A DNA stretch of 32,000 nt, taken from assembly GCF_003072485.1 (NCBI RefSeq), contig NZ_CP025989.1:630001-662000 (forward strand), in the 5' to 3' direction. Of this stretch, positions 9,295 through 18,474 are shown piece after piece. This DNA is from Candidatus Fokinia solitaria. GTDB taxonomy: Bacteria > Pseudomonadota > Alphaproteobacteria > Rickettsiales > Midichloriaceae. Made by a program: the position numbers and the translations under genes. Numbering within the stretch: position 1 is the first letter of the stretch; every line of letters begins with the position of its first letter. The notes under the pieces are model-generated. The model had not been told where the DNA came from and ran no database searches. It saw only the letters and a list, made by a program, of their open reading frames with translations.

Positions 9295-9631
9295 CAAGTC
9301 ATTTATATCTTAGTGTCAAACTTCTTCTAAGGTCCTGTTTCTGTCTGCCTCAGATATTCTTCTCCGTTCTTGATATTTCTGAACATCTTTTGCTGCACTC
9401 GCTTCTCTCATTTCCACATTCTCTTAGCACTCTAAAGCACGGTTAGTGGTTTGTCTTTGTTCGTAGAAACAATTGCTTGAGTGCAATTCGTTTTTGTTAT
9501 GTCAGTACTAAAGACTTTGATGATATAAGTATAATCCCTTTCTCCTCGCAAAGGTTTTTTGAAAATTTTACAATTTCCAAATATCACGTTGCACTACCTA
9601 CTGTCCGCATATAGATATCTTCACCTGCGCA

Positions 9632-10351
9632 CTAAGCGCACTTCACAACAGAATACTCTTTTGATAGGCCAAATACAATTTCACTTAATATCTTAGGTTT
9701 GTGAATATTACATACTAATAGAGGTAATCCTCCATCTCTAGCCATAGTCATAGCAGTAGAATCTGCAATACCTAATTTTTCTTCAATAGCTTGATCATAA
9801 TTTAACTCTTTATACAACACTGCATTAGGATTTTTCCGAGGATCAGAACAGTATATTCCATCTACACCTGTACCCTTTATCATCACATCACATTTCATTT
9901 CCAAAGCTCTTAACACTGCACCTGTGTCCGTAGTAAAGAATGGATTTCCTGTACCTCCTGAAAAAATTAATACTCTCTTTTTTTCAAGATGTCGTAATCC
10001 TCTTTTAATTACATACTGCTCCGCACACTGCGAAATTGATAATGCAGATTGCAATCTACTCTCAACATTTAACGAATCAAAAACAGACTGTATCGCTATC
10101 GAATTCATCACAGTAGCAAGCATTCCCATCTGATCACTTCTTACCCTCTCTATACCTATTTTAGAAAGAGTTGTTCCTCTACATATATTACCACCTCCTA
10201 CAACGATACAAATACCAATACCTTCGGCATATATTCTCTGCAAATCTTGGCAAATTCTCAAAATAGATGCAAAATCCCAAATAGTACTTGCATCTTCTTG
10301 TCCTCTCAGTGCTTCTCCGGATAGCTTTAACATGATCCTTTTATACTGCAC
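9632..10351 (-). CDS. pyrH: UMP kinase
   Basis: 239 aa with LKLSGEAL, VVGGGNICRG and SGGTGNPFFTTDTGAVLRALEM motifs. Confidence 0.9.
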   Translation of the reverse strand: MQYKRIMLKLSGEALRGQEDASTIWDFASILRICQDLQRIYAEGIGICIVVGGGNICRGTTLSKIGIERVRSDQMGMLATVMNSIAIQSVFDSLNVESRLQSALSISQCAEQYVIKRGLRHLEKKRVLIFSGGTGNPFFTTDTGAVLRALEMKCDVMIKGTGVDGIYCSDPRKNPNAVLYKELNYDQAIEEKLGIADSTAMTMARDGGLPLLVCNIHKPKILSEIVFGLSKEYSVVKCA

Positions 10352-10587
10352 GATACTATTTTAATAGAGAAGAAAAATACCGTCATAAGATGGCACATTT
10401 TACTAGTAGTGTAAATACTTACGTTAAAGCAGTACTTTATTATGAAATATCATATTACAGTTCTACCCCATACCAATTCAGCAAATTATAGCTATAAATC
10501 ATATGTATGTGAGTTCTTGCGAAATGTTCGCTATAGTATTTCACGTCTTTTCTCCTTATAAACAGAGAAAACATTTTACTTTATGCA

Positions 10588-11214
10588 ATGAAGGAAAAAT
10601 ATAACACCATACCTGTGAAAATTACTGACCTTTCTAAAATATTCAACGGCATAAAAGTACTCACAGATATCAATCTAGAGGTACACGCTGATGAAATTTT
10701 AGGATTATCTGGACCATCTGGCAGTGGAAAATCAACTCTATTACGATGCATTCAAGGATTAGAGAAATGGGATAGCGGCACAATTGATAAAAATGGCACA
10801 AGCGGATTTGTTTTTCAGGATTTTCAGCTGTTTCCTCATAAAACAGTACTGGAGAATCTTACATATGCGCCAATAGTAAACGGAAAAACTGAAGAAAGCT
10901 GTATTACAAAAGCTAATACATTACTAAAAGCGCTTGGTATCGCGGAAAAAGCAGATAGCTTGCCACAGACTCTCTCAGGAGGACAAAAACAGAGAGTCGC
11001 GCTTGCACGTAGTTTAATGCTTGATCCTAATATTTTGCTGTGCGACGAACCTACCTCAGGATTGGATATGGATAGCACTGCTGACGTTGTAACCGTACTA
11101 AAACAAGTACGAGATACCATAGGTATATGTATGATACTTGCTTCTCACGATCAGCATTTTTTATCGCAAATTACAACTAGAATGATAGTACTAAAGCATG
11201 GCATAATACAATAA
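10588..11214 (+). CDS. ABC transporter ATP-binding protein (polar amino-acid uptake type), no adjacent permease
   Basis: 208 aa. Walker A GPSGSGKST, Q-loop region FQDFQLFPHKTVLENL, signature LSGGQKQRVALARSL, Walker B ILLCDEPTSGLD, H-loop SHD. Confidence 0.85.
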   Translation: MKEKYNTIPVKITDLSKIFNGIKVLTDINLEVHADEILGLSGPSGSGKSTLLRCIQGLEKWDSGTIDKNGTSGFVFQDFQLFPHKTVLENLTYAPIVNGKTEESCITKANTLLKALGIAEKADSLPQTLSGGQKQRVALARSLMLDPNILLCDEPTSGLDMDSTADVVTVLKQVRDTIGICMILASHDQHFLSQITTRMIVLKHGIIQ

Positions 11215-11241
11215 AACTTTACATACGGTATCTAGAAGAAC

Positions 11242-12300
11242 ATGCACTGTTATACGCATACGCCAGTACTACTTGAAGAAGTGCTAACTTATATGATACG
11301 TACCAACGGTAGCATTAGTAATACGGAAGAAGAGTGTGTACTCTGCGACGCAACCTTTGGCGCAGGAGGACATACAGCAGCTTTGATCAAAGAATTGTCA
11401 CATCATAACAAAAAAGCATTATTTTTATGCTCTGACAGAGATGAGAATTCAATCGAATACTTCGAAAAATTACATGAAGACGTTAAACATGAAATGAAAT
11501 TTTCTAATGTAAGATTTAGCGATTTAAATAAAATACTTAACGATACCAATCTTTGTATTAATGGCATGATGGTAGATCTAGGATTTTCATCTATGCAAAT
11601 CGATAACTATAAACGCGGATTTTCGATTCAAAATAATGGACCATTACTTATGACAATGGGATTAAATGATGAAAACGCTAGCACTGCATTAAACACTCTA
11701 TCAATAGATGAACTAGAAAAAATACTACGCATTTATGGCGAAGAACCACGAGCAAAGGCACTTGCACAAGCTATATTTCGGTACAGAAGAAAACTCTCTA
11801 CAACACATGATTTAAAAAATATTGTACACGAAGTTTACGGTTATAAAGGAAAGTACTGCAAAATCGATCCAGCAACTTTAACTTTTCAAGCACTCCGAAT
11901 ACATATCAATCAAGAGTTGTATCAGTTGATGCATGTAATACTTGCAGCAGCTTCACATATTGCTGTCAATGGACGCTTCATAGTAATTACTTTTCATGGA
12001 CTGGAGGATATAGTGGTAAAAGCAATCTTTAGAAGCATCGTTCGAGATCAAAATCTTTCTCTAGAAGAAAGAATAATCAGTAATCTGAATCAAAATATTT
12101 TTTTACTAAATGCAATTGGCAGTCAAAAAGAAGTAGAAGATGAAATAATGCATTCTGTACAACAATACCGTGATAGTATCACTCATAAATCTTTTGCTGT
12201 ATTAAATCGCGGCAGTGTAATTAAAGCTACTTACAAAGAAATTAAGATAAACAGGAGAGCAAGATCCGCTAAAATGCGCATTTTGGAGAGATTATCATAA
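11242..12300 (+). CDS. rsmH: 16S rRNA (cytosine1402-N4)-methyltransferase
   Basis: 352 aa with HTPVLLEEVL, DATFGAGGHT and VDLGFSSMQID motifs of MraW/RsmH. Longer than E. coli RsmH (313 aa). Confidence 0.85.
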   Translation: MHCYTHTPVLLEEVLTYMIRTNGSISNTEEECVLCDATFGAGGHTAALIKELSHHNKKALFLCSDRDENSIEYFEKLHEDVKHEMKFSNVRFSDLNKILNDTNLCINGMMVDLGFSSMQIDNYKRGFSIQNNGPLLMTMGLNDENASTALNTLSIDELEKILRIYGEEPRAKALAQAIFRYRRKLSTTHDLKNIVHEVYGYKGKYCKIDPATLTFQALRIHINQELYQLMHVILAAASHIAVNGRFIVITFHGLEDIVVKAIFRSIVRDQNLSLEERIISNLNQNIFLLNAIGSQKEVEDEIMHSVQQYRDSITHKSFAVLNRGSVIKATYKEIKINRRARSAKMRILERLS

Positions 12301-12371
12301 CATTTGGCGTAAAAAAATAACGCTCTTTCTAATTTACTTTACTATTTTTTTATGATATTTGGTTAGAACAT

Positions 12372-12443
12372 TGGGGTGTAGCCAAGTGGCAAGGCACCGG
12401 TTTTTGATACCGGCACTCGGTGGTTCGAATCCATCCACCCCAG
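12372..12443 (+). tRNA. tRNA-Gln (anticodon UUG)
   Basis: 72 nt folded by hand. Acceptor TGGGGTG/CACCCCA, anticodon arm CCGGT-TTTTGAT-ACCGG, T arm GGTGG-TTCGAAT-CCATC, discriminator G. Closely parallels E. coli tRNA-Gln. CCA is not encoded. Confidence 0.9.
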
Positions 12444-12464
12444 CGAAGTTTTTGTGGCACACCG

Positions 12465-12764
12465 CTATCTTCCTCTATCTACGGAGTTGATGAAGTCCTT
12501 CCATGCGACAATATTATCAGTGTTGTACCGTAACGTACTAAAATTCTTTTCCTTCATCGCAATAAGCTTTCCTGGACTTTTGAGATATTCAACTTGTAGA
12601 GTAAGTATCTCTACTATCTCTTTTTCATCCTGCACTAACTGCATAAGCTCGTGCACTTCATCTTTTCCTTCTTTTATCATATGCTTGAACAGCACGGTAA
12701 ATATCATACATATAATAGTCAAAAGTATTAGAATTATATGATATTTTATATTTTCGTACTGCAC
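12465..12764 (-). CDS. FtsL-like small bitopic membrane protein
   Basis: 99 aa with a GTG start. A single N-terminal TM (HIILILLTIICMIFTVLF) is followed by a charged helical segment, then LQVEYLKSPGKL. This resembles the alphaproteobacterial FtsL pattern (coiled coil, then E..YL..P.RL). The overlapping plus-strand ORF 12454..12741 is S/I/C-rich and looks like an antisense artefact. Confidence 0.45.
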   Translation of the reverse strand: MQYENIKYHIILILLTIICMIFTVLFKHMIKEGKDEVHELMQLVQDEKEIVEILTLQVEYLKSPGKLIAMKEKNFSTLRYNTDNIVAWKDFINSVDRGR

Positions 12765-12820
12765 TCGCTTCAGACTTGATTATAATGCACGAAAGTAGTA
12801 CAAATTCTTATAGAACGCAA

Positions 12821-12893
12821 GGCGAAGTAGCTCAGTTGGTAGAGCAGCGGGATCATAATCCGCGTGTCGGGGGTTCGAATCCCTCCTCCGCCA
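12821..12893 (+). tRNA. tRNA with CAU anticodon (elongator Met, or Ile2 if lysidine-modified)
   Basis: 73 nt. Acceptor GGCGAAG/CTCCGCC (one A-C mismatch at 5:68), D arm GCTC-AGTTGGTA-GAGC, anticodon arm GCGGG-ATCATAA-TCCGC, T arm GGGGG-TTCGAAT-CCCTC, discriminator A. The G1-C72 pair and the lack of three G-C pairs at the bottom of the anticodon stem argue against an initiator tRNA. CCA is not encoded. Confidence 0.85.
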
Positions 12894-12937
12894 CCGTATC
12901 ATTGCCACATCAATAAGTAAATCGACATAAATGTGTG

Positions 12938-14200
12938 ATGTTGAGTAAAGTGAAACTTCACAACTTCCGCAATCACAAATTACGCGAAATTATCGGTAAT
13001 TCACCATGTAATATCATACTTGGTAGAAACGGTTCTGGCAAAACATCTATCTTAGAATCAATATCCTTACTGTGCGCAGGACGCAATCTACGCGGCGCTA
13101 CATACAGCGAAATGCTACTTAATCCTATGATAAATTTCGGTCATTCACAAATCGAAGATGAGATAAAAGCAGACACCTGGCAAGTAAAGTATTTCTTCGA
13201 ATCTCAGAACAAGAACACGCTTTCTAATGAGATAGAGATGGAATATACAAAAGAACAAATAAATAAAATTATCACACTAAATGGTAAGAGGATTAAAAAC
13301 ATATCCGAATTAAAAGGACTATGCTCTTTTATTTACTTAACTCCTAAAAACGAAATGATATTTGCTTGCGCGACTTCCGAACGCAGATCATTTTTCGATC
13401 GGATGATACATGGTATTTTCCCTTCGCATGCATCGCTGTTATCGCAATATAACCACCATATAAAATCAAGATTACAGACTCTAAAAACATCACATGATCC
13501 ACTATGGCTTGACGCAATAGAAAATTCATTAGCGAGATTAGCAGCAGAAATAACCCTAAATAGAGGGCGTTTTATCAGACTAATGCAATACTCGTATAAC
13601 ATGATATTGAGTGGCAGCACCGAGGTCGATTATATTAAGAAGCTCTTCTCTGAAATTCCATTTATTCATCTCGAATTAAAAAGCCAAATATTCAATGAAT
13701 GTGAAAGCTTTTCAGAATATTATCGCGATCTAAAACACATGCATGATGCTACTTTTTCGATCTCTGATGATATAATGAAATTTCTTGATGATACACTCAT
13801 ATCCCGCATACAGGAAAAATATAAATCTGCAAGAAAAGAAGATGTATTATTGAAAAAAAGCACTTTCGGTTCTCATAAAGAGGACTTTATAGTATTCTTA
13901 AGCGATGAGAGATTCGACATTAAGTATTGCTCTGTCGGAGAGCAAAAATTATGCACAATGGTTGTACTACTAACGTATGCAAATTTAATCCATAACTTAA
14001 ATATGGAAGATTCTCAATTTTTCAGTAATGTGATACTGTTACTAGACGATGTAATATCGAGGTTAGATCAAAGATATCAGACAATCCTTTTGGATGCCTT
14101 ATACAGATTAGGCGTGCAAAGCTGGATTACCGCGCCGCAGTTGGAAATCCTTAATCACGCTAGTACAATCACTTCGCTACTGAATATCATTACGTTATAG
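12938..14200 (+). CDS. recF: DNA replication and repair protein RecF
   Basis: About 420 aa with LHNFRNH, Walker A GRNGSGKTSILESI and Walker B-like ILLLDDVISRLD. ATG at 12938 is preferred to the tracked GTG at 12935. Longer than E. coli RecF (357 aa). Confidence 0.85.
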   Translation: MLSKVKLHNFRNHKLREIIGNSPCNIILGRNGSGKTSILESISLLCAGRNLRGATYSEMLLNPMINFGHSQIEDEIKADTWQVKYFFESQNKNTLSNEIEMEYTKEQINKIITLNGKRIKNISELKGLCSFIYLTPKNEMIFACATSERRSFFDRMIHGIFPSHASLLSQYNHHIKSRLQTLKTSHDPLWLDAIENSLARLAAEITLNRGRFIRLMQYSYNMILSGSTEVDYIKKLFSEIPFIHLELKSQIFNECESFSEYYRDLKHMHDATFSISDDIMKFLDDTLISRIQEKYKSARKEDVLLKKSTFGSHKEDFIVFLSDERFDIKYCSVGEQKLCTMVVLLTYANLIHNLNMEDSQFFSNVILLLDDVISRLDQRYQTILLDALYRLGVQSWITAPQLEILNHASTITSLLNIITL

Positions 14201-14203
14201 AGT

Positions 14204-14695
14204 ATGAGATATTTGCTAATAATCGCTTTACTGGCCATATTTCGCCAAGGTAGTGCATTAGAAGAACAGCAGTACGATGACATTACTCCTAAGCTTGTAG
14301 AAAATACTGAAGCAGTAAACTCCGATACAGTAAGTGAAATCGTAAATAAAATACCAAAAGTACAAAGTGTGCAAGAAAAAAAGACTATCACGCACAATAC
14401 CGCACAATTCACAATACTTGATGTAAATTATGGCTCTCATGTCACCAAATCACTACATATTGATGAAGTAATCACAGTAGATAAGCTACGCTTTACCTTA
14501 CTCAATCCGTGCTTGCAAGTGTGCAATAACTGCGCAACAAATATACCAAGTATTTTTAATACTTATTTCGTATTACTGAAGGTTGAAGATGAAACAGAAA
14601 CACAGTACACGGAATATCTTGATTCAATGCATTTAAAAATACTATTCATCCCTAAGTATGGAATTTCCATTATGCTTGATAAATGTCTCTCGTAA
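14204..14695 (+). CDS. secreted hypothetical protein (possibly DUF2155-like)
   Basis: 163 aa with N-terminal signal peptide MRYLLIIALLAIFRQGSALEE. Starts 3 nt after the recF stop. The C-terminal half (FTILDVNYGSHVTKSLHIDEVITVDKLRFTLLNPC) recalls small DUF2155-type alphaproteobacterial proteins from memory. That assignment is unverified. Confidence 0.55.
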   Translation: MRYLLIIALLAIFRQGSALEEQQYDDITPKLVENTEAVNSDTVSEIVNKIPKVQSVQEKKTITHNTAQFTILDVNYGSHVTKSLHIDEVITVDKLRFTLLNPCLQVCNNCATNIPSIFNTYFVLLKVEDETETQYTEYLDSMHLKILFIPKYGISIMLDKCLS

Positions 14696-14700
14696 AGTAT

Positions 14701-16782
14701 TTACTTCACTTGCAAGCTATTAGAATGCGCTATCATAGCTAAAGAGTTATTTGATATTTGATCTCCTGCATAAAAATTGCTTACTGGATACGTGAGATCT
14801 CTTTTTTTTAAGCTGGCAACACGAGGAATAGTAACATCTTTCCTCTCTAACACACGATGCATATTCTCTTGCTTCAAGAAATCGCTTTTCATAGCTATTT
14901 TAGCTCGCACATCTTCCAATGAGTGGAAATTTAACTCAATTTTTAATCTTTCAGCAATTTCAGTTACTATCATCCATTCTTGTTTAGACACTCCAAGCGG
15001 AGGTACAGCTTGGTAAGTAGATTGCAAACGTCCCTCAAGATTGACATACATCGCTTTTTTTTCCGAATATGCAGGAGAAGGTAGTACTAAATCTGCTCTA
15101 CGAATAGCTTTATCTGCATGATGTCCGATATATACTACAAATACGTCGTCTGCAATTGCTTCAATATTCACATCATCAGCGCCAAACAGCAACAGTACAT
15201 TAGATTTTCGTAACATTACGTCTACAGTACTTTCTATTTCACCAATATCTGAAAAGCTTTCTCCGAAATTTGTCGTAAAGTCTAAATCTAACGCTCCAAC
15301 TCTCGAAGGCTTCGTATTCAATACATTAAAGCCATTCCAATCGTCTTTTATAAGACCGTATTTTTGAGCAATTTTATAAGAGTAGTATAAGACTGCATGG
15401 CCATCATATTGATGCTTTAATATGTTTGTACCAAGTACTAGCATAGGATTTTTAGCGTGCAACAATCGCCTTGCATACTCATGCTTACCTTCGTATATCG
15501 CCTTCAACAAGGCACTTTCACATCCTAAATATGTATACGGATAATTTGCTGCAAATCTGTTACCTAAAACTGATATTTTAAGTTTTCCATGAATTACTGC
15601 TTTTCTAAGTCTTGCATTTAAAATCGCTGCCTCAAGTCTTGGATTTGTACCAATTAATAAACACTCATCGCTGCTTTCTATACTTTGAATCGTCGTATTA
15701 AAGACGTAACTTCCGCGTCCAAATGATGATTCAATGATACTTCCTTCCTCTCTACAATCAAAAAACCAATTTTTTTTATGACTACATAACTCCTTTATAG
15801 CAAAAATACTCTCTATATCAGAATAATGACCTACTAAAGCTGAAACTACAGCTGCATGACTCAGTACTGTACATAATTTATCATATGCTTCATCCCATGA
15901 AATAGATTCATGACGCTTCATAACTTTATTAAACCATACTGGCTCTACCAATCTTTGATATTTCAAACCATCATAATTAAATCTTGCTTTATCTGAGATC
16001 CACTCTTCGTTAATATACTCGCACTCGCGCGGTAATACTCGCATTACTTGATGTCCTCTGACATGAAGCATGGTGTTTGAACATACCGCATCAGACAGAT
16101 CAATAGAAGGTATCTTAGTAAGTTCCCATGCTCTTGCAGTATATGCATAAAGTGCAGAATTTAAAGCGCCTACAGGACATAAGTCTATAATATTACCAGA
16201 AAGCTCTGACGTAATACCTTTACATACGGCATCAGAAATTTTGTATGTATCAATATGCATGTCTTCTCCCTTACCAAGTGCTACAAGCTCACTCGTACCA
16301 GCTACTTCATCTAAAAATCTCACACATCTCATACAATGTATACATCTTGTCATGTGAGTCTCTATAAAAGAGCCGAAATCTTTATGCTGTATCGTTCTTT
16401 TTTCCTCTTTATACCTTGAATGACATTTACCATACTTAAATGCCTGATCTTGCAAATCACATTCTCCACCCTTGTCGCATATTGGACAATCTAACGGATG
16501 GTTAATCAAGAGAAATTCTAAAATACCTGATCTTGCCTGATTCACAAGTGCTGTATTAGTGTATATATGCATACCATCGCTTATAACTTGCACGCAACTT
16601 GCTACAAGCTTTGGATTTTCTCCGATTTGAACAAGGCACATTCTGCAATTTCCAGCAATACTAAGTCGTTTATGGTAGCAAAATCTAGGTATTGTCATAC
16701 CAATCATCTCGCATGCCTGCATAATAGTAACGCATTCCTCGAATTCATATAATTGGTCATTTATATACACTTTTATTGACAC
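14701..16782 (-). CDS. nuoG: NADH-quinone oxidoreductase subunit G
   Basis: 693 aa. The N-terminal 2Fe-2S and 4Fe-4S cysteine clusters are present (CYHKRLSIAGNCRMC, HPLDCPICDKGGECDLQ, CIHCMRCVRF, CPVGAL). Confidence 0.95.
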   Translation of the reverse strand: MSIKVYINDQLYEFEECVTIMQACEMIGMTIPRFCYHKRLSIAGNCRMCLVQIGENPKLVASCVQVISDGMHIYTNTALVNQARSGILEFLLINHPLDCPICDKGGECDLQDQAFKYGKCHSRYKEEKRTIQHKDFGSFIETHMTRCIHCMRCVRFLDEVAGTSELVALGKGEDMHIDTYKISDAVCKGITSELSGNIIDLCPVGALNSALYAYTARAWELTKIPSIDLSDAVCSNTMLHVRGHQVMRVLPRECEYINEEWISDKARFNYDGLKYQRLVEPVWFNKVMKRHESISWDEAYDKLCTVLSHAAVVSALVGHYSDIESIFAIKELCSHKKNWFFDCREEGSIIESSFGRGSYVFNTTIQSIESSDECLLIGTNPRLEAAILNARLRKAVIHGKLKISVLGNRFAANYPYTYLGCESALLKAIYEGKHEYARRLLHAKNPMLVLGTNILKHQYDGHAVLYYSYKIAQKYGLIKDDWNGFNVLNTKPSRVGALDLDFTTNFGESFSDIGEIESTVDVMLRKSNVLLLFGADDVNIEAIADDVFVVYIGHHADKAIRRADLVLPSPAYSEKKAMYVNLEGRLQSTYQAVPPLGVSKQEWMIVTEIAERLKIELNFHSLEDVRAKIAMKSDFLKQENMHRVLERKDVTIPRVASLKKRDLTYPVSNFYAGDQISNNSLAMIAHSNSLQVK

Positions 16783-16823
16783 CGGAGTATGAAATTTACG
16801 TTATATATAAGAGCATACAAAAC

Positions 16824-17858
16824 CTATTTTTTTGTATCAATAATACTACTTACAAGCTTTACCAATCTTTCTTGTATCGGCAGTGCTGTATCGTTCTTCG
16901 CATTTTCGCGATACATTTCTTCAAGCAATACAAATCCTGTAGGAGAAGTGACATTAATCTCCGTAATATAATCTCCTATCAGATCAATCCCCGCGATAAA
17001 AATGCCATCTTCTTTTAACTTCCGCGCGATCTTATCACACATCGCAATTTCGCTATCAGTCAGCTTCACGGCAGCAATACTTGCACCTTGATATATATTC
17101 GCAAGAAAATTACCACTAGAAGGTATTCTGCTAAATGCGCCAACTATTTCTCCATCTATTACGAACACGCGTTTGTCTCCGCTTAAAATAGCACTGATAA
17201 ACGCTTGAACTACAACATGCTCTGCAAATCCATCAATATATTTACGTATGCCATTTGCTGCCTCTTCGTCATCTTTATATACTACTTGATTTGTAGTATG
17301 TGATTCGCTTTTTCCATATGACATTCGTATCGCACCATGCCCTGAATATTCATATAATGGTTTTAGCACTACATCTAAGTGCTTTTTCAGAAAACTCAAT
17401 ATCTCTCCTACTTCTCGTGTAATAATGGTATTTGGTAAATACCCCACTGCTATACTGAATGGAAAGATCTTCTCTGAATTATTCCTCACACCTCTTGGAG
17501 AATTTATTATCGGCACATCAACATGTTCCAATAAAAATGTAGAGGTAATGTATAACATATTAAAAGGAGGATCTTGCCTTAACAATATGCACTTTACTTC
17601 ATCAAGATGAAGTTCTTGTAAATCACTCACTCTACTCCACTGAGTTCCGCTGTATAAAACATATTCTAACTTTATAAAATACCCTCTTGCGCACAAACTT
17701 TTTTTGCCATTCAAACTTGATAGACGCATAGTATCTACTGTGTACCAAAAGATCTCATACCCGTTCTTGTATAGACCATCTGCTAAGAATAGACTTGTAT
17801 CTGTTCTAATCTTCAATGTTTCTAAAGGATCTCCTTGGATAGCTATAATTTTTCTCAT
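16824..17858 (-). CDS. gshB: glutathione synthetase (ATP-grasp)
   Basis: 344 aa. Contains LLRQDPPFNMLYITSTFLLE, GDKRVFVIDGE and EINVTSPTG, which parallel E. coli GshB motifs. Confidence 0.85.
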   Translation of the reverse strand: MRKIIAIQGDPLETLKIRTDTSLFLADGLYKNGYEIFWYTVDTMRLSSLNGKKSLCARGYFIKLEYVLYSGTQWSRVSDLQELHLDEVKCILLRQDPPFNMLYITSTFLLEHVDVPIINSPRGVRNNSEKIFPFSIAVGYLPNTIITREVGEILSFLKKHLDVVLKPLYEYSGHGAIRMSYGKSESHTTNQVVYKDDEEAANGIRKYIDGFAEHVVVQAFISAILSGDKRVFVIDGEIVGAFSRIPSSGNFLANIYQGASIAAVKLTDSEIAMCDKIARKLKEDGIFIAGIDLIGDYITEINVTSPTGFVLLEEMYRENAKNDTALPIQERLVKLVSSIIDTKK

Positions 17859-18430
17859 CTTCTTCTATGTCGAAATTCATGAGGTAATAATGAAAGCATT
17901 TTAATATCCGGAAATCCACCTCTTATAAGTCGATAGCCGCGCATCACTCCTTCTTCTTGAAAACCAACATCATGCAATAGATTCAATGACGGTTGATTAT
18001 CATGTAGCGTCTTTGCTGATATTCTATATAAATCCATTACATTAAAACCAAAATTCAGCACTTCTATAATGGCGCGTTTCATAATACCACGCCTCCAATA
18101 ATTTGGATCAAGATCATAGCAAATTTCAGCTTTTCTACTATAAACATTGTAATCAAAAAAGCCTATCGTGCCTATTAAAAAATCCGTCTCCTTTATAGTA
18201 ATCCCCCAAAAAACAGAAAGCGATCTATGAAATAGATCTCGCCAATATATCACACTAAGCATTGCATCTCTCTCACTTTTGGGCATATCTTCATCAGAAA
18301 GTTTCATCGCTACTCTCGGATCTGTATATATTTCGTAGTAGCGTTTATAATCGGATGTGGACAATTCACGTAATACAATCTCTCCTATTTCTATAGTAGG
18401 AAATTCTGCAAAGATATTTTGTTTCTTCAC
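17855..18430 (-). CDS. GNAT family N-acetyltransferase (RimJ/RimL-like)
   Basis: 191 aa with GNAT motif A region YWRRGIMKRAIIEVLNFGF. A 4-nt overlap (ATGA) with the gshB start suggests co-transcription. Confidence 0.75.
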   Translation of the reverse strand: MKKQNIFAEFPTIEIGEIVLRELSTSDYKRYYEIYTDPRVAMKLSDEDMPKSERDAMLSVIYWRDLFHRSLSVFWGITIKETDFLIGTIGFFDYNVYSRKAEICYDLDPNYWRRGIMKRAIIEVLNFGFNVMDLYRISAKTLHDNQPSLNLLHDVGFQEEGVMRGYRLIRGGFPDIKMLSLLPHEFRHRRR

Positions 18431-18474
18431 TAACAGTGTGATAGAAATACTGATAATATCGATGATATACGATT

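Noticed and set aside
9246-9446. 66-aa ORF (TTG start) after the lipoprotein gene, and the idea of an frr pseudogene in 9297..9631
   Set aside because: The ORF starts inside the terminator hairpin and is leucine/serine low-complexity. Hand translation of the minus strand gave only short fragments with no convincing Frr similarity.
12454-12741. Plus-strand 95-aa ORF between the two tRNA genes
   Set aside because: It overlaps the FtsL-like minus-strand ORF almost completely. Its product is S/I/C/F-rich and has no plausible domain, whereas the minus-strand product has a clean TM plus coiled-coil layout.
12301-12934. Possible integrated element or genomic island at the tRNA-Gln / tRNA-CAU pair, and likewise at tRNA-His
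   Set aside because: No integrase, transposase or phage-like ORF and no duplicated tRNA 3' fragment (att-like repeat) could be found next to any of the three tRNA genes.
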